Of a stretch of 13,428 nt of DNA, positions 8,681-13,428 are shown one piece after another. Source of the stretch: Selaginella moellendorffii (taxonomy: Eukaryota; Plantae; Lycopodiophyta); the NCBI RefSeq assembly GCF_000143415.4, contig NW_003314359.1, positions 591,610-605,037 of the forward strand, written 5' to 3'. The translations under genes were made by a program, and so were the position numbers. Below the pieces are notes generated by a model that was not told the origin of the DNA, made no database searches, and worked only from the letters and a program-made list of their open reading frames with translations. Every line of letters begins with the position of its first letter. Positions within the stretch are counted from its first letter, which is position 1.

Positions 8681-10725
8681 TCTTTAATGAAGAGGTAAAT
8701 GTTTTATCTTATGTATCATCCTAGGTAGAGCAAAAGAAAAAAGCTTAGGTGAAATGAAGTTATGCTTAAGCTTAACCATCCAAAGAAGAAATACCCAACC
8801 TAAGCAATATTTGTCATAAATAAGTGAGAAGCAGTTAGGATTGGTTATAAAATTATATAGTATATAAATAGCATTTAGACGTGTTAAAAAATAACCCCCA
8901 CTCACTATTGTATGCATTTGTATTGAATTAACCATCTTTTCTCCTATATGATTATTTGTGCAAAGTAGAGTTGAGATAATGACATATGTTTATCCTTATT
9001 AATACCTTTGAGGTTCAAGGTTGAGTTATCTTTTATCTTCTTCTTATCTTTTTATACATTTTTGTCTCTATTTGTTTGTCACTATTTTGCAGGCGAGGCC
9101 AAGAATGTGAATACAGGCAAAAAGAACCTTACTCACTTTTGACAACCATAGTGGGATAAGCTGTCATTCTTTGGCTTGAAAAACAATTAGAAAACAACAC
9201 TAAAAGAAGGAGCTCTTTTTGTGATTGTAATGGCTTAATACCTAGACAATGTGAAAAAGATAATTTTTTAGCTGTCACCAAAGTTATAGAGCATTGGATG
9301 AGTTTGAAATTGAAAGATGACATATATTGCTAAGAAACTCAAATTTAAATTGTTTCGCTAGTAAGTTTTTAAGAAAAATCCAAAAGAAGAAAGAATGGAG
9401 TTTATTTAATGTGGAAAACACAATTAACTATTTTAGAATTTTTTTCTTCTAAGCAAGTTTTCACTTGGGTTTTTAAAAACTTGATTTTTCAATAGTGTGT
9501 CATAATTTTTTCTAGGCATACACAAGCAGGAAAATTAGGCATTTATAACTCTTGTCTTTGACTTTAGCTTAAAGAGAACTAAAGTCAACCTTAGTAAAAA
9601 ATAAATTGGGGAATTATTCACCCAAATTGTACAAAGTTTTGATAAAGGTATTAAAATATTGTGCTATTTCAAGGCTTTGATCTAAAGTCCTTTAATTTAG
9701 ACTATTATTTAAACACGTTATAAGAGTCTGTGAGACTCGAAAAGACTCACAAGTAAAAAAATCAGAAACAATTATCATGAATCGCTCTAACTATTCGAAC
9801 TGCTTTACATTTAGTACACCTAAGCAAATTAATTAAAGCTAAAAAATTTGTCATACAATCTTAAGTAGAGACTTGTATTGACTATTATCGCCCATTAGCA
9901 AAGAGGTGAAAGAGAAATTTACATTGAAAAGCAATGTTTGTCTAGATCTAAAACAAAGTCTTTCACAAGTTAACTATCACATGCTTGAAAAGTTACCTAA
10001 CTTCATTCTATAAGCAAATTGATCTAGAATAAGTTATTATACACTAAACAATTTGACTTTTATATTGATTCCACAAGGCAATTTCACGAAATGGTTTCCA
10101 TGTCCCATTCAAATTAGTCCCTAGTGTTGATCTAATTTGCTTAAAATTTGCCAATAGCAATAGACTATTCTTTTTAATTCCATAGTTATAAGGGCAAGGT
10201 TGGTTATAAACTAGAGGGTAAGACCTACTATGAAACAGGCAAACTACTTTGGAATTAGTTATCATACACCAAAAACCTTACACTAAATTAATCTTAACCA
10301 CATTGGGCACAGGCAAAAAGGGAAAATCCTTTTGCACATGTAAGTAGAAAGATTGAGGATTAATGACCCTCCACTATCTTGATAGAAGTTGAATGGGGGT
10401 AAAATAAGAATGTTTACTAATGATTCACCACACTTATCAAAAGATACATTTTGCTTATAGACCCAGATAAAAGTTAGTTGATCCCCACTCTGTGTGACTA
10501 GGTAAAAAATATAAGAAAAAAAAAAACTAAACTATCTTGTATGCCTAACTAAGCTAGCAAATGATAGATTTAATGAATTTATTTAATAGGGTTGATGAAC
10601 TACCGAGTGAAATACTTGACAATATTCTACTCAAGATATATAAAAGTTTGATTCTTTGATTCTTAGATTCTTTCAGTATCTGTATTCTGATACAATTGTA
10701 TTCAGAATTGTATTGGAAAAGTTCA

Positions 10726-10755
10726 AATTACACCAACCGCAATTACACCAACCAC
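10726..10755 (+). repeat. 15-bp tandem duplication
   Basis: aattacaccaaccgc / aattacaccaaccac (14/15 identical). Confidence 0.8.
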
Positions 10756-10798
10756 TACTCTAGAGTCAAAGGAGGAGGAGATTGCTACTCTACCATAA

Positions 10799-10967
10799 AA
10801 AAGGAAAGAGCAAAAGAAAAGAAATGAAAAAAAACTAGAATGAAAGGGAGATCTAAACAATACAAAAGCTAAATTTAAACCAAAATCTCAAAAGGAAAGA
10901 ATAGAAAAAAAGAAATGGAAAAAGCTAGATCTAGACAATGCAAAAGCTAAATCCAAACTAAAATCCT
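10799..10967 (+). repeat. Degenerate A-rich tandem duplication (91-bp and 78-bp units)
   Basis: Both units (10799-10889, 10890-10967) read aaaaggaaaga...aaagaaatg...ctag...atcta[a/g]acaat[a/g]caaaagctaaat[tt/cc]aaac[c/t]aaaatc. They differ by mostly transitions and one indel of about 13 bp. Confidence 0.8.
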
Positions 10968-11611
10968 AAATTCATTCTTTAAGGACAATCAAAAATGCCC
11001 CTCACCTCTAGTAATATGACTACATGGAATATGGAAAGAGAATATAGAAAATGTGTATATCAATTAGCCCAAAAACTCTAGCTTACAAATAGGAGCGAGT
11101 GGTCCAAATTGAAATCAATCTGACGACTACTAACATCCCACTACACTAATATTAGTATATGGTATTATAGCTATACACTTGGACCTTATAGCACCATATT
11201 TAATAGAAAGTGTAAGATATTTGAAATACTAATATCATTAGAGAAATATTTATATAACAACTTTAAAAATTTCTGATTAATTTAAAATATTTAACTTTTC
11301 TTTAATATTAAAGATAGATTAATAAAACATTATTTTAAATGATGAAACAAATAATTTAAGTATAATCATATATAAATATATGAGAGAAATATAAAATTAC
11401 AAAAGAATTAGTCTATCATAATAAATGTATTATGCTAAGCATCATTACAGGAAAGAAATAAGGCATGGTGAGATTTATATAGCTTATTTGTTTAAATAGT
11501 CTCATATTTAATATTTTCTTATTTATTTAAAAACTCTTAAATTTATATTACATTAGAAAATTTTATCTATTATCTTAAAAGCTAATATAAATTTATAGTA
11601 AGAAAAGAACT

Positions 11612-12016
11612 TTAGTTATTCTCATTTTTACCACAGATAGATTTAAATTTATAAAACTCAACATAGTTTGGATTTTCATGAGTATGATTGAAACATCCTA
11701 TAAAAGACCAAATATGCCAACCATATTCACCATTTGTCTTATACATTACTTCATCAGGAAAAACTATAACTTCATAAGGATCACCAACTATAGTAAAAGG
11801 TACATTTTCTAATATAGGATTTGGTTCTTTTTTATCTTTGAATTCAAGATCTTTCTTATATATAAACACATTTACATCTTTTCCATATCTTTTAAAATAA
11901 TAATTAAGATGATATATCATAACCTCATCCCACCGAAATGTTGATTTAGTTGTGATGAAAGAAAAATTAAATATCAATAAAATATATATAGAAATTTGAA
12001 GATGTAACTTTATCAT
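11612..12016 (-). CDS. Hypothetical small secreted protein, 134 aa, unknown family
   Basis: Intact 405-bp ORF at about 24% GC (99 G+C by manual count), where stops should be frequent. The N-terminus MIKLHLQISIYILLIFNFSFITT is basic then hydrophobic. A at -3 (aaatATG). TATAAA lies about 60 nt upstream (12079-12074). The ORF is GC-richer than its immediate flanks. Confidence 0.65.
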   Translation of the reverse strand: MIKLHLQISIYILLIFNFSFITTKSTFRWDEVMIYHLNYYFKRYGKDVNVFIYKKDLEFKDKKEPNPILENVPFTIVGDPYEVIVFPDEVMYKTNGEYGWHIWSFIGCFNHTHENPNYVEFYKFKSICGKNENN

Positions 12017-12067
12017 ATTTTAAGAAATTCAATGAATTTTAAGTAAGTAATAGAATTAAATGAACTA

Positions 12068-12079
12068 TATAAATTTATA
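12068..12079 (-). promoter_or_regulatory. Candidate TATA box for the 134-aa ORF
   Basis: Palindromic TATAAATTTATA 52-63 nt upstream of the ATG. The AT-rich background limits specificity. Confidence 0.3.
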
Positions 12080-12491
12080 ATTATTTACTCTGTATTTAAG
12101 GTTTAAATTTATAGTAAAATAATAATGTATTTTATTTTATTATTTTTTCACTAGGTTTATTTATTAAATATTTTATAATTTTATAATTAAATAAATAATT
12201 TTAAGTCATCTGACATGAGTTCCACTTGGCACTAAATCCCCTATATACAAACAAATATAACTGTTCTTTATTTTTATTTATATATATACGCTACAACCAC
12301 TATAAGTAACTAATCTTGTCTATTTTGTTTAAAACACTTTTTAAGTGATAAAAGAAGGAAATCAGACAAACAGATGGCTTGGCCTTTTGCATGGATTTAG
12401 ACCACAGTGAAGCTATAGGATAAAGGTTATATTCTGGATTGTGGAATTTAAATAAGTCACATGTGACTTTTACCTATACCCTATGGTGAAT

Positions 12492-12870
12492 TGTTATAGA
12501 ATACTTATGAAGCAGAAGCTAAGCCTTGGACACATATGCCAAAGGTAATAGAGTGGGATTTGAGTCTTAAATGCTTAAGCCACTAAACAAGGGATAGAGC
12601 TGAAATCCCAAATATATAGCTAAGGAATGAAGGAACATGAACATAGAATAATTCTAAAGTATTTAGAATTCCAACAGAAAAACCAACATACAAAAGTTTA
12701 GTGTTATTTTAGCATAAACACTCCACTAGTTAGTATAGAATAGAGATTATGCTTAGACTTAGCTAGACATAGAACAAAGGTAAACATGCCTAACAAGGAG
12801 TTATACAATATGTCTAAGTGGTTAACCATGCATCTAATTTACCCACTATCCTTGCTATATATTTGCAATC
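12492..12870 (+). repeat. LTR-like dispersed repeat, copy B (homologous to the reverse complement of about 5900-6383)
   Basis: Starts TGTT at 12492. 12524-12567 matches revcomp 6321-6364 at 29/44. 12771-12790 matches revcomp 6001-6020 at 18/20. TATA-like ctatatattt at 12855. The 3' end is approximate. Confidence 0.6.
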
Positions 12871-13428
12871 CACTTTCATTGATCCATGAGATGTGGGAGT
12901 TTCTCTCTAAAGCTTAATTCTTCATCAACTTGCACATTTTCATTTAAAATAGTGATGAGTGGAAAATAGGCTTTGTACTCATTATGGCCACTTTATCATG
13001 AATATAACTTCAAATATGGAAAAATATTTATTGGCCAATCTTTTCAAGCATTCCCTCCTTACTGCCACAATGGTAAGAGATCAATATTGTTAATTCTCTT
13101 TATTAGCACATTTTGTTCAAAGGTTAGTAAATTAGACTTAGTATTTATACTTAACTAGATAAGCATAAAAAAGGAATTCCTAAATATCTATTTAGCTAAG
13201 TATATTTGGCTCTGCTTGTTAGTTTTTTTTTTGTTATGTCTTACACTAGTTTGGTAAGAACCTCTCACTTGGTCTTGAGATATCTCAGGGTTAAGTGTTC
13301 TTAAGCTTTAAGTAGTATTGAGAAGCTCTAAATTCAGAAGCTTATACATAACAAGAATTTAGTATTAGTTAATTCTTTTTATTAACCTTTGTTATCCAAC
13401 AGTTACTAAATTAGACTTAGCATTTATA

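Noticed and set aside
9760-10340. Protein-looking plus-strand frame ending at a GTAAGT
   Set aside because: About 15 stops in about 195 codons, which equals random expectation at this composition.
11612-12016. Assignment of the 134-aa protein to the plant S-protein homolog (self-incompatibility S1) family
   Set aside because: Size, signal peptide and lack of introns fit, but the conserved HC.S..DLG motif and Cys pattern are absent.
12454-12469. Perfect 16-bp palindrome aagtcacatgtgactt
   Set aside because: Roughly one such palindrome is plausible by chance in 13 kb of AT-biased DNA, and there is no supporting context.

Overview
Eukaryotic, land-plant nuclear DNA. A Selaginella-like lycophyte is my inference from the PPR repeat style and is not proven. 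The window holds one intact, intronless, GC- and CpG-rich PLS-class PPR gene (1098-4073) with architecture L-S-14xSS-(PLS)x3-P2L2S2-E1-truncated E2 and no DYW domain. Upstream lies a decayed MITE-like inverted-repeat element. Downstream are about 9 kb of AT-rich, CpG-depleted transposon debris: two decayed Ty3/gypsy pol fragments on opposite strands, LTR/PPT-like remnants including two related LTR-like copies in opposite orientation, small tandem duplications and a 139-N assembly gap. The most unexpected element is an intact 134-aa minus-strand ORF (11612-12016, about 24% GC). It has a signal-peptide-like N-terminus and an upstream TATA-like box, and sits in an extremely AT-rich island bracketed by a 14-bp direct repeat. 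I cannot assign it to a family. I see no evidence for a multi-gene novel system.
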